Below, piece by piece: positions 38,237 through 49,483 of a stretch of 64,000 nucleotides of DNA. The notes under the pieces were generated by a model. The model was not told the DNA's origin, made no database searches, and saw only the letters and a program-made list of their open reading frames with translations. The stretch lies in NCBI GenBank assembly GCA_036867785.1, contig CP145424.1, positions 1 to 64,000 of the forward strand, in the 5' to 3' direction. The DNA is from Plasmodiophora brassicae. Lineage: Eukaryota. The translations under genes were made by a program, and so were the position numbers. Numbering within the stretch: the stretch's first letter is position 1; the number at the start of each line of letters is the position of its first letter.

Positions 38237-39528
38237 TCAGTCGTGCAGCAGGCGCACGAAGCAGAACCGGTATGATCTGGGCGCGTCGCTGGACGACCTG
38301 GTGCTGGCCAGGCATCGGAACGGCTTGCCCGATTTGCCATAGCACGTGACGATGATGTCCGGGCGGGTCGCGTCCGCCGCCGCGTTGCCGCTGCTGAGGA
38401 AGAAGAGCGCGTTGTGCTGGATGACCTTGACCCAATCGCTCTCGCCGATCACCCACGACCAGAACGGCGTGAACGCGTTGCTGGACGGCAACCGGTTGAA
38501 CAGGTCGCACAGGTCCTGCGCGTCGTACCCGAACAGGCGCTGCGCCTCGTCGTTGATGTACAGCCCGCGGCGTGGGCTGACCGGGTCGTTCAGCAGGCTC
38601 GGCAACTGCACCGACTTGATGATGGCGATGTTCAGCTCGGTGGCGAACTCGCGCGTCGATTCGCCCGCCTCGTCGGCCGATATCAACTGTCGGGGCAGGC
38701 GTCAGACGACCCGAGCACAACGCATCGGCGAATGACCCCCCGGGGACGCGCGCACCTGGAACGGTGGCCGGAAGATCGGCGCCGATGGCGTCGACACGTG
38801 TATGCCGAGCACGCGCAGGCGCGTCTTCACGTCGGCGTACATGCGCACGTCGAGCAGGCCGCCCAGCATCGTCTCGGTCACATGCGTTCTGCAAAGGCGG
38901 GGGCGGGCGCACCGAGTCAGCCAACGGCGGGCTGGTACGAAGGCGCCAACGGGACGTACATTCGCCTGCACTCATCGTGGAACTCGGCCTCGGTGAGCGC
39001 GGTGGCCGCCTCCAGCGACGCCTGGCACTGCGCCAGCCACATGTCGGCCAGCGTCTTGGAGAAGCGCTCGGCGAGCAGCTCGACCGAGATGTCGTCGGGT
39101 GCGACCCCGATCCCGTGCAGCAGGCCCTGGTGCCGGGCCGCCTGCGACGACGACGACGTCGACGCCGATGACGACGCCGCCCTGGGCCCATGGTGCACCG
39201 TGCGCTTCTTGTGGACGCGGTCGCGGCACTCCTCCGGGCGCCCGAGGCGAACGCAGCGCCCGCACGGCCGCGCCTGGTCGCAGCACGCCTTCGACAGGTA
39301 GCAGCAGGTGCAGGCGACCTTCGTCCGCGGGTTCGTCGAGTCCCGCGCCCGCTTGCGGGGCGCCTTCGCCGTCACCATCGGCTTGTTGTCGTCGGCGATG
39401 GCGTGCGTCGACGGCATCCACGGCGACGACGGCGTCAGCGACGCCGGCTCGTTGTCGTGCAGGTCGGTGGCCTGCTCGACCAGCTTGTCCAGGTTGCTCA
39501 GGTCGAGGCCCGACAGCAGCGACGACAT
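38237..39528 (-). CDS. Zn(II)2Cys6 transcription factor with a possible PAS-like C-terminal domain
   Basis: ACTCCYLSKACCDQARPCGRCVRLGRPEEC, plus C-terminal YINDEAQRLFGY...CYGKSGKPFRCL. Confidence 0.85.
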
Positions 39529-39612
39529 GGCGATGCGGGGAGAGCGGAGCCGACGACTGCCGGTTCGCGTGCCGGCCTCGGTGACGTCAACGCCCCCCTC
39601 GGGGTCAGATAC

Positions 39613-39768
39613 GTTCCGAACAGATATTCGCAGGATGGGGCAGAATCCGTCGGGCGCCCGTATATGTACACACGGAGACTGCGAAGGACCTCTGGCCGTC
39701 GACGTTGCTGAACTCGACGACTGGGCATGCACGCCAGGTAGGTGACGTCGTGGGCGAAAGAACCCTGC
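39613..39768 (-). repeat. Diverged inverted copy of the POLE2 last exon and 3' flank (partner at 41847-42042)
   Basis: Minus-strand QGSFAHDVTYLACMP versus POLE2 QGSFAHDFSYAAYMP; shared CCTGCGAATATCTGTTCGGAAC and CCAGAGGTCCTTC blocks. Confidence 0.88.
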
Positions 39769-40022
39769 GGCTGCATCGGTTCGATGGGCGGACTGGATGC
39801 GTTGCTTCGACGGTGCTGGCGACGTGATTCGCGCTCGGCGTCTTCTGATTGAAACAGGAGCATGCCCGAATACGCAGTGATTCCAGGACAGGCCATGTGA
39901 CGGAGGAAAGGGCCAATTTTCGCCGTTTTTGTCCGGACGCCGTGGCGGAGTCCGCGGTGCGCTTCGGCGGCGCAGGAGGAGGGTGCCCCCGTCCAGCGAG
40001 CGAGCGGCCCGAATGCGCCATC

Positions 40023-41937
40023 ATGGGTGAACGCGACCGTGCCCGAGCCTACAACCGCGCGTTCCGGCGCGCCCGTCTCTGCCTGCAGAGCGATGCGATC
40101 GCCGCCATGGACGGTACGTCCCGCGCATCACCGGACGCGCCCTGGCGCTGAGCGTCGCCCGCGCTGCATAGAGTTCTTTGTCAAGTACGGCGAGCAGAGC
40201 ATCGACGCGTTCGTCGAGGACATCTTGAACAAGTTCGAGGAGGGCGGGTGCGCCCCGGCCGACAATATCGTGACAGCGGCGACGCTGCGTCCCGTCCTGG
40301 ACATCCTGGCGAAACCGGCCGGCGGCGACCAGGACGACGCGTTCGCCGCGTCGGGCGCGCGAATTCGCGTCCTGTCCGCGATCGAGGCGCCTCGCGTCCA
40401 CTGGGACCACTCCCGTTCCGTCTTCGTCGTTGACCGCTCCCATACGCCGCACTACCACAGCCCGGACCCGAAATCCAAGTGGCAACGACTGGAGTCTCGG
40501 TACCATGTCCTTCGTCAGCGCCTGCTTCGCGACGCGTCGTTTCATCGGGACGCGCTGGCACGTGGGCCGCAGTCGTCGTCCGAGGAGCTCGCCTCGATCG
40601 AAAGCGTCGCCGGCACGTCCGGCACGGTCTCCCTGTTCGGCCTGCTCGCCGAGCTCGAGGAAGGGCGGTTCTACCTGGAGGATCCCGGCGCGTCCATCCA
40701 GCTCGACCTGTCCCGCTGCAAGACCTCCGTCGGCGTCTTCCTCGAACACTGCTTCGTCATCGTGATCGGTAATCGCCCGCTGGCTCCGCGTCACTGTCGA
40801 CATTGTCGTTCACACCCTCCGGGGCGTCTTCAGGCGAGCTCGACAAGGACGACGTGTTCTGTGTGAAGTACATGGGGTTTCCGCCGCCCGAATCACGCGA
40901 TACGACGCTGAGCGCCTTCGACGACCTTCAGTTCGCCGCGCCCGAGGATCGCGTCCGGCTGCGCAAGCTCGAGGAGGCGCACGCCGGTCCCGATTCCGTC
41001 GTCCTGTTCAGCGAGTGCCACCTGGATCGGCCCGATGTCCTCGACCGCATCGACCTGATCCTGTCGCAACGCAGCCCGACGTTCCCGTCCCTGTTCGTCT
41101 TCTGCGGCAACTTCTCGTCGACGCCGATCGGCGACGACTACGGCAGGCAGCGCGCCCTGTTCGACGCGCTGGCCGCCGTCATCGAGCGGCACGACGCGCT
41201 GGCCATGGACAGCCTGTTCGTGTTCGTCCCGGGCCCCGCCGACCTGTCGTACGGCCGATCGTTGCCGCACCCCGGCCTGCCCGCGCTCGTCACCGAGCGC
41301 CTGCGCCAATCCATCAGGAACGTCATGTTCCCGTCGAACCCCTGCCGCATCCAGTATTGCACCCAGGTACGGGCGCGTCGTGCTCGTTCGACAGTGCGCT
41401 GGTTACACATACGTGTGTGTGTGTGTGTGTGTGCTGCAGGAGATTGTCGTGTTCAGGGACGACATCTGCCGCCGGGTACGGTGAGCGATTCCGTCTGCTG
41501 GGTCGACCGTCATGCTAAGCGCCCCTGGGGTGTTCTCGTGCAGCTGAGCGAGACGTGTGCCCTGCCGCCGAACCTGGAGGCGGAGACGTCGCTGCACAGG
41601 CACGTGGTGAAGACTGTGCTGGACCAGGCGCACCTATGCCCCGTGCACCCGACGCGCCAGCCGGTCCACTGGGACCTCGACCATGGCCTGCGCCTGTACC
41701 CAATGCCGACCATGCTGGTCCTGGCCGACGACGCGCCCGCCTACGAGTCCACGTACACGGCATGCTACGTGTTCAACCCGGTCTGCTGGGCGGCGCCCGT
41801 GCATGCGTCCAAATGCATCCCCGCTAATTCCTGACCGACGTTGCCGGCAGGGATCGTTCGCCCACGACTTCAGCTACGCGGCGTACATGCCCGGGCGGCG
41901 CGTCGTCGAGTTCAGCAACGTCGACGACAACGACTGA
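40023..41937 (+). CDS. POLE2: DNA polymerase epsilon subunit B (Dpb2)
   Basis: RYHVLRQRLLR, FYLEDP, MGFPPPESR, FVFCGNFSS, FVFVPGPAD, SNPCRIQYCTQ, LDQAHLCP, LRLYPMP and NPGSF. Confidence 0.95.
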
Positions 41938-42257
41938 TCAGGACGTCGACTGCCAGAGGTCCTTCACAGTCTGTGTCTCAGTGTGTACATAAACGAGCGC
42001 CCGGCGGATATTCTCCTTGTCCTGCGAATATCTGTTCGGAACCTACCGTACATTCCGCGGGCAAATTGCTTCTCGTCCCGCGCGATGTCACCCCGATTGA
42101 TCCCGCGGGGACGAAACATGCCATTCGTCCCCCGCGGGCTTCTGCTGCCCGCATTCGGCCTGCGGGACTGCGGGTGCCCGCGTTCGCTGTCCGTGACCAG
42201 CGCTGCGCATTTCTGCGCTGTGTGTGGGCAGTTGCGATTGATCTGGCTGAGCTCGAG

Positions 42258-43795
42258 ATGGCGAGCATTGACGAGGCCGCCCAAGCGTTTCCGGATCGCC
42301 CGGGGATTGAGGTTGGCGTTGATGACGGCGACACCGGTCAAGATGCTGTCTGTGGCGTCCCTGCTCCGGGGATGGAGTTCGAGACCCAACTCGAACTGAA
42401 GAACTTCATCGAAGGGTTCGCCAAGAGGACTGGGTGCCGTGTAGGTCTATCCAATCGTGAATTCAAGTACACGTATATTGACATTCTCGCACAGATCATC
42501 ATGAAGTTCAAGACGTTCGCCAAGGCATCCCGATCTGTAGAGCTTTTCGGACACGAAGGAGCCTGGGCACGTGGTTGGTTGTTTAGTTCCTTAACTGATT
42601 CGCTGGTTCCTACTCATAACCGTCGTCAGGTGACGGATACTGTAACTTCAAGACAAAGTCGCAAAAGGCGGATCGAACAGTGAAGTCGTCATGTACGTTG
42701 AACATACCGTTCACGTATGATGTTGGACGACGGACATACGCCATCAAGGGGGACAGATTTTGTCTGTTACACAACCACCTTGTGGAGATTCCATCTCCTG
42801 CGGCGACAGCAATAATTGTGAATTACCAACGGGATTTGACGCCCGAACAGTTGTCCTACATAGTGAACCTGGGGAAGGATTCCCTTCCGTTTCCAAAGGT
42901 AAATGGAGATTACGAGTTCCTTCTCGTCTAATACTATGTTACAGGTCACACACATGCTGTCCGACCAATTCCCTGACTGCAGAATTCAGAAGCCGTTACT
43001 GCACCGTCTCCTGCGGAAGGGGAAACTGCTTGCAGGCGTTCAGCCGCGATCGTGATGCCATGAATTCCCTTGTCAAAATGCGGCGAAGCTTGGAAGGACA
43101 CGGGGGTTTCTTCGAAATCGACATCGATGTCGATTAGCGTGCGCTGAAGGGCGTCAGTTCGTGTCTGTGTACAACGACGTTGTATAAAGCGACGGAGGTG
43201 CGAAGATGAACGCGTACGACTTTGTGTTCCTTCCGGTCACCGTTATCGATTGCGTTGGTGCGTTTGTCATGCTGTGATCAGTATCTTTGCGTGGCCGCAA
43301 TGGGTAATAGGCAAGTCGTATGTGGTAGGCGCGATGGCTGTGCCCTCTGCTGAAAACAGAGATGACGTCGTGCAGACGCTGGACTACTTCAGGGTGAGAC
43401 GAAGCGGATCGGTTACGATCGCCGACGATGCTCTAGCATTTTAGGGCAGCTGCCACCGAATGCGATATGGTGTAGGTACCACCAATGCATCAAGCATTAT
43501 CAGGCGAAGATAGCGCACGCGGGTGCTGGTAATTTGCTTCTGCGACCCTCGTACTGCCGCAATCGAATTCTTAGACAGCACCAATACAGGACTTGGCCAC
43601 GATGGGAAGGACTTCAGGCGAACACACTGGTTTATCACATATTTCCGTCCGAAGACGCGTTATATTCTTCGCGAAGGCGACTGAGTATCGCTTCATATCA
43701 TTCTACAGTACGATGGAGCTGTGAAACTGTTCGACGACATTGTTGGCAAGAGACAACAACAGTGTCGTACGTTCACCAGTTTGTTCGCCTTTAAT
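42258..43795 (+). pseudogene. Decayed Mutator-like (MULE/FAR1) transposase
   Basis: PGMEFET...FIEGFAKRTG (FAR1-like), C...LLHNH, DGGAKMNAYDFVFLPVTVID, IADDALAF and CIKH (CxxH), with several stops and frameshifts. Confidence 0.75.
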
Positions 43796-44343
43796 TCACC
43801 ATGAAGTCCTTCCCATCGTGGCCAAGTCCTGTATTGGTGCTGTCTAAGAATTTGATTACGCCAGTTGACTCAACTTGTTCGGTCGTCACACAGTTGTAAG
43901 TTTACCGGATGCAACGCCATCGAAATGAACTCCCTGCTCCATCTGGGTAGACACGGTTCCAGCGCTGTTCCCATAAGAACTGTTAGACCTCACAGTTGCT
44001 GTACACAAGCAAGCCGATGAGATAAAATGGCACCGGTGCGGAAGCGCTTATATAGGAGCTTACCTTCTCGAGCGCGTGACGTCAAATGCAACGCGATGAC
44101 TGCCAGGACGAAGGGGCATATGCGGTGGGCCCGACAATGTCTCCCAAGCTGCTCTCGTCGCCTAGTTGGGCGGTCCGGTCTACAACATGGCGTGGACAAA
44201 CACGATAGTGAGCGCATGGGTACCCTGGGAAGGAGAACATGACACGGTCCCATAAGTCGTATATCGTCGATTGCTGTTGGAAACGCGGTGCTGCTGTGCC
44301 GACCGGGCAGATGATTGGAGGAATGAGTTGCGGCAGCAGTTAG

Positions 44344-45183
44344 TCAATATTTCACTCTTGGCCACTGGCTTTCATGCGACTCGTGAGCGACTGCTTCAGC
44401 AAGAGTCAGCGCAGGAATTGCTTGCAAATTCGTGTGGTCCCACAAATAGGCAGTGCCGATGGAATAGAACTCCTCCGGGCGCGCCAGCATGTCATTCACA
44501 AATCCCTGCGGTACATAATAGCCCTGCCGTCCTCGAGCATCAACCAGCGTGATGCGGTTAATAAAATCAGCGAGGGGCACGAAGAGTTCGTATGTGAAGC
44601 GCATTCCACCGCTCAGCAACTCCTCCAGGTTATTCCCAGCGTCCCCGGTCAACTTCTTCCCTGTTCGCACTGTTCCGACTTTGACGGGCGCATTGTGCTT
44701 AGGGATAGTCCTTCGATTGCCATAGATGGCACGCAGGATCCGGAGGCAGTATGATGTCAAGGCGTGCCCGATTTCGTGTAACCCTTTTAACATCATGAAC
44801 ACGCGTAATGCATCCAGATGTTCGGAAGTGACGCCCACATCGACCTTGGCAGCATCAAGCATATCCGTGATCATCCCCGGGTCGAGCGTGATTTCTCGAC
44901 GGGCAATGTCAAATTTGCCAAACATGCTGTGTCGACGCGCCCAGTTAACGATACCCGGAACGTCTGTTCGCCAGGACTGATCCGCAACGACCGCGGCGTA
45001 GGCTGAACCCGGGTATACCTTGAATCTGAGCGCATGTGCGAACGACTCGACTTGATCTGCCAGAACAGGAACCATTTGGGGCCCATTGACAGCCGTCTCA
45101 ATCAGTCGCACAACTTCAGCTTGGACCTCAGCCACGTCAGCGCGGCTGACAGGGCCGCTCCTCGAGCGAATCGCCACTGCCAT
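44344..45183 (-). CDS. Intronless putative zincin-like (HExxH) protein
   Basis: LHEIGH followed about 45 aa later by GDAGNNLEELLSGG; ~279 aa from the ATG at 45183. Confidence 0.65.
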   Translation of the reverse strand: MAVAIRSRSGPVSRADVAEVQAEVVRLIETAVNGPQMVPVLADQVESFAHALRFKVYPGSAYAAVVADQSWRTDVPGIVNWARRHSMFGKFDIARREITLDPGMITDMLDAAKVDVGVTSEHLDALRVFMMLKGLHEIGHALTSYCLRILRAIYGNRRTIPKHNAPVKVGTVRTGKKLTGDAGNNLEELLSGGMRFTYELFVPLADFINRITLVDARGRQGYYVPQGFVNDMLARPEEFYSIGTAYLWDHTNLQAIPALTLAEAVAHESHESQWPRVKY

Positions 45184-45273
45184 CGATTCAAATCGCTCCG
45201 CCACGGACTGACATCACCATTCACCACCCGCGCGGACTATTACCAATTCTTGAATTTTTATGTAAATGGGTGT

Positions 45274-45346
45274 CCTGCGAGGCTCCTGCGGGGCTCCGGC
45301 GGGGCTTCTGCTTCTGCGGGGCTCCTGCGGGGCCCCTGCGGGGCTC
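45274..45346. repeat. GC-rich minisatellite with an ~11-bp unit (CCTGCGGGGCT)
   Basis: About six imperfect tandem copies. Confidence 0.8.
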
Positions 45347-46226
45347 ACGACACTCAGTTACATCAGTGGTGGAGCAGCCCGAATTTATGAGCCTGCTCGG
45401 GTTGGGCTCACCAACAAACACCTGTGTCAAGTGACGCGACCGCTTCAACTGGGTGTCGCTGTAACCACTGGCGCCACGGCGCGACCGGAGGGTCGCACCA
45501 CACAACGACGTTGGCGCAGTTGCACTTCTGAGCGATCGCGAGCGGGTCGACAGGATGGCGAGCGAGCAGCAACATGGGCCTCTGATCCCCCTGTCCAAGG
45601 ATGAGACCAAGGTCAACGTGGACGCGCAGCTGCCCCCGTCACGTCGCCCGAAGCAGGTGGCCGCGTTCAGGTGTGGACGCGCACACTGCAACACGTTCCT
45701 GAAGAACGAGCGTGCCCAGAATTTAACTGCCAGTGCTGGTTGAACATCGATGCGAACTCATCACATGATTCGCAGGACGACACGATCCGCCTGTCGAGTA
45801 CGATGCGAACAAGTGTCGCGAGATCACGTTCGGTCGAGGGCGAGCGCTCTTCGAGCGCTCCTCCGCGTACTGTGCCGAACGTCAAGTATATGCCCGGGAA
45901 GCCGAAGGACTATATCAGCCAGATCCATGTCGACTTGGCCATGGTGTACCGGACACGGGGCATAGCCCAACTGTGTCCGTGCTTGTACGGCGAGTACTGG
46001 TCGGCAAGGGTCGACGCAGTTGCCAAAGGGATCACAGTCGCCAGGCATCATGTGGGCCTGAGCGTCACGTCGCATGCGGTCGGTTTCAGCGAGGACGACG
46101 GGATCCTCATGTCGACCGCCCTCGCCGACGACAACGCGCCAAGGTCCCAATCATTGCTCTAAGTCTACCTACCTGTCTGCTGCGCTGGATACGTCAAAGA
46201 GATGATCTGATCAATGGGCAGAGCGG

Positions 46227-47009
46227 CATTGAATTTCGCCGTCTTGCTCATGGGAAGAACGTCTGACGTCGGCGGAGCCAAGCAGACAAAGGCGTCGTTG
46301 CGAATGGCCAGGGGTCCCATGCAGTTCGGCTTGATGAGAGAGAAGGGTCACCAAGCCCAGTACATGGGGATCGCCGAGTCCATGCAGGATCCGATACGCG
46401 TGCAGGAACAGCTTTTCGACGCCTAACGACGCCAAAGCACCCACCGTCCGTAGATGATGTGCCCACGCGTTCAGGGCACTGCGCGCGTGTCGGATCCTGC
46501 ATGGACTCGGCGATCCCCATGTATTGTACTGGGGCTTGGCGACCCTTCACTCCCATCAATCCGAACTGCATGGGACGCCTGGCCATTCGCATCGACGCCT
46601 TTGTCGGCTTGACTCCTCCGCCGCCGTCAGGCGTTCTTCCCATGAGCAAGACGGCGAAATTCAATGTTCATCCAGAGTACCAGTACTCAGATGATGCTGC
46701 CCAGATGCTGCTGCCACCCGGTCACATGATCATGACCGTACTCGACCCCGCAGCGGCCCTTGCTGTGACGATCCTGTCCAAATACATCAGTTCGTTATAT
46801 CAGCAGGCGCCGACTCTTGCGACCGACCGCCCCCGTAGTGGGCAGCGGCGGCGTTAGCACACGCCTGGTGATATAACGAATTGATGTATTTGGACAGGAT
46901 CGTCGCAGCAAGGGCCGCTGCGGGGTCGAGTTATACGGTCATGATCATGTGACCGGGTGGCAGCAGCATCTGAGCAGCATCATCTGAGTACTTGTACTCT
47001 GCATGAACA
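46227..47009. repeat. Two abutting long inverted repeats (double hairpin)
   Basis: Arms 46227-46405 / 46479-46666 (73-nt loop) and 46665-46809 / 46862-47009 (52-nt loop). Confidence 0.93.
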
Positions 47010-47658
47010 GCTGTGCTGGATCTTCACGCCTGCGAGTGGTCCTGGACGAATGAGAGAGCTCGCGCGTAGCAACCCTTGCGATTCCGACGGTGCTTGGTCG
47101 AGGACAGGTTGACCGTGCACGATTGACAGTAGGTCGTGGTCCAGCCACCACAGACGACGCACGAACGAGGTCGCCCGCTCCAGGCGGCCACTGCGTCACG
47201 CTGGACACTTGTGCGCTTTTAAGGCATCGCCACCAGGCCAAGACCCGGGGGATGTCCGACGACCTGGCCGGCAAATCCAAAGCCAGGAAAGCGGCGAAAG
47301 CCAGTGCTCGTATAGAGCAGGCCCTGAACCGGAAAATGAAGAGCAACTGGAAACCGGAAGCCCTGCATGCGCGGCTTCTTACACAAATCGGCTACTCCCA
47401 GGAGCACGCAGTCAGGCTGTCCCCGGGACACAGTTGGGATACAAAGGACCTCGCCAAACTTCTGCATCCAAAACGTGGCCGATCTGCTGCCTGTGCCTTC
47501 AGTTCCTCGAACGATGGGCGCTCAGGAAGGTCTCTACCGTATTTTACAAAGAATACGACCCCCCCCTTGAACACGACCCCCCCAGAACATGCGTAATGCG
47601 GATTGGACGCTGCTGTCGCCGTGGACCTACCTACGGCATTTTGCAGGATAGCTGCTCA

Positions 47659-48057
47659 ATGCGTGTTGAGATTGTTGGTCTGAACTACACAGACAGTGGT
47701 CGCTCCTGCGAGCGTCATCCTGATGGATGTGGACATTCTGTGAAAGCGTCCGACGTGCTGCGTCTCGTGCCGGTGCTCCTCCAGCGACACGACCAGGTAA
47801 ATGGCCAGTGGGTCCCTGTATCCCAGGAGCAGGCGGTCGCCGTCCATACAGTCGAAACCCCTTCTTGCAGAGTAGCATTCCTGCCAAAATCAATGTTATG
47901 GCGTCAGGATGAACTTCTGGACAAAATGCTTGTGGTCGAGAGCCTGGGCAAAGATAGCGAGCTTCGTCATACCAGAGCGCGGTCTCAGAGACGTGGAGGG
48001 TCGGCCGTGTGCCTATGCCTCGATGTAATCAAGCAAAACTGCATTCGAACTGAATAA
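47659..48057 (+). CDS. Second ORF inside the pogo element; HIRAN-like with a GRSCxxHxxxC motif (132 aa)
   Basis: MRVEIVGLNY..GRSCERHPDGCG...DVLRLVP...EQAVAVH...CRVAFLPK; AATAAA overlaps the stop. Confidence 0.7.
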   Translation: MRVEIVGLNYTDSGRSCERHPDGCGHSVKASDVLRLVPVLLQRHDQVNGQWVPVSQEQAVAVHTVETPSCRVAFLPKSMLWRQDELLDKMLVVESLGKDSELRHTRARSQRRGGSAVCLCLDVIKQNCIRTE

Positions 48058-48124
48058 AGAACGCGATTTGCTGTTTATAACAACAAAGGATTGGTCTCGT
48101 TTCATCGCACGCTCTGGGATACGC

Positions 48125-49483
48125 TCAGTTGACCCTGAACCCGACCGCGCTCCACGTGTTAGTAATTGATACGGCAGTGACCTCGTTCCACGCCGCAACA
48201 GCCCACTCGCGAACGAGTGGACGCGTGACCTTTGGAACTACGTTCGGGCATCGTTGCATTTCGGAGTGCAACCAGTTTTCCCACAGGCATCGGACGCGAT
48301 CCTTGAAGGGCTTGTTAACACCAACGTCCAGGACTTGAACGCGACCGGTGTAGCGAGGCTCAACAATGTCAACCTCAACGCCGTGTTGGGCCAGAGCGTC
48401 AATTACCGGCGGGCATTTGTGCGCCGACATGTCGTCCAGGAGAAGGAGTGAGGTCATCCGTCTTCCACCCACCCATGGACGGATGATCAGGTCGACGTAA
48501 GCCCTCATGCCTCTTTCATCGTTCCAGTTCTTTTGCTGGACGATACAGCGGTGACCATCACCCTTCTGGGCGTCGAGCAGTCGGAGCTCTTTCTCGATCC
48601 GCCCTCCAGGGACGCCTGCCATCAGAATGAGATCGAAGAAAAACGACGCCAACTCATAGTGCTACCTCTGAAAATGATGAGCATGCCGAGCTTGTCCCCC
48701 TCCATCGACACGGTTAAGCACACAGTTGCACTGCTGCTTGAACCGGTCGTCCTGCATCGAATGGTGCGAGCTCCCCTCAGAGCAAGAGTCGATGACTTCG
48801 GTTGGTCAAACGGTAGGGAGGTCTCGTCCATGTTCAACAGCAGATGCGGATCTATGATTCCAAGATCCCAGACGAAGTTGTTGACCGACGACAGGTAGTC
48901 ACGAACAACGTCCTCGTCGTAGCGAGTATTCTGGGCGACCCGAGTGTACCGTCTCTCGACGAGCTTGGCGTTCCGATGCAGATAACGTCGTATTTTCTGC
49001 TCGGACGCCTGCGCGTTCGTGATGGACGCGGCATACTGAGGACAACGTCTGGGATACACACGAATAAGTAATGTGTAACTGGCCGTAACGGTTAACTTAC
49101 GATGTGACAAACCGGTGAACGGCTTTGACGTTGATGTTGAGGTCAGAACTGCCCAAGTATTTGACATGTTCCTCTATCGTCTCCTTCACGTCTGCCGGTA
49201 GTGTCGACATTCTGCCGTGAGACCGCGTCCTTCGCTTAGACGTTCGCGTGCTGAACGGTTCGAACCGAATGATCCCTTCATCGTCGTTGTTGTCGCTCGA
49301 CGTTTCGTCGGTCGGACCCATTAAGTTTTTTCGCCAGTCACGAATTTGACACGGTTTGATGTCATACTCACGTGCCGTTGCCTTGATGTTGCCACGAGCT
49401 GTGGCGGAACGGACAATGGCCCGCTTCTGTTTGACGGTGTGCAGGCAGCGTCGCCGGGCAACGCCTTCGTTGTCCTTCCCCAT
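48125..49483 (-). CDS. pogo DD35D transposase, apparently intact, with two introns
   Basis: N-terminal HTH (IKATAREYDIKPCQIRDWRK), NMDET, LLLDDMSAH and QVLDVGVNKPFK, with 35 residues between the last two catalytic Asp. Both GT-AG introns restore the frame. Confidence 0.92.

Noticed and set aside
42102-42138. 14-bp GC-rich stem-loop upstream of the MULE remnant as a possible TIR
   Set aside because: I found no partner terminus or TSD in the window.
45274-45346. Possible CRISPR-like array
   Set aside because: There are no unique spacers; it is a simple minisatellite in a eukaryotic context.
47209-47658. N-terminal half of the 282-aa ORF 47209-48057
   Set aside because: It reads through the pogo TIR by chance; the credible gene begins at ATG 47659.
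48125-49483. pogo transposase split over three frames, suggesting a pseudogene
   Set aside because: Two canonical introns join the frames exactly.
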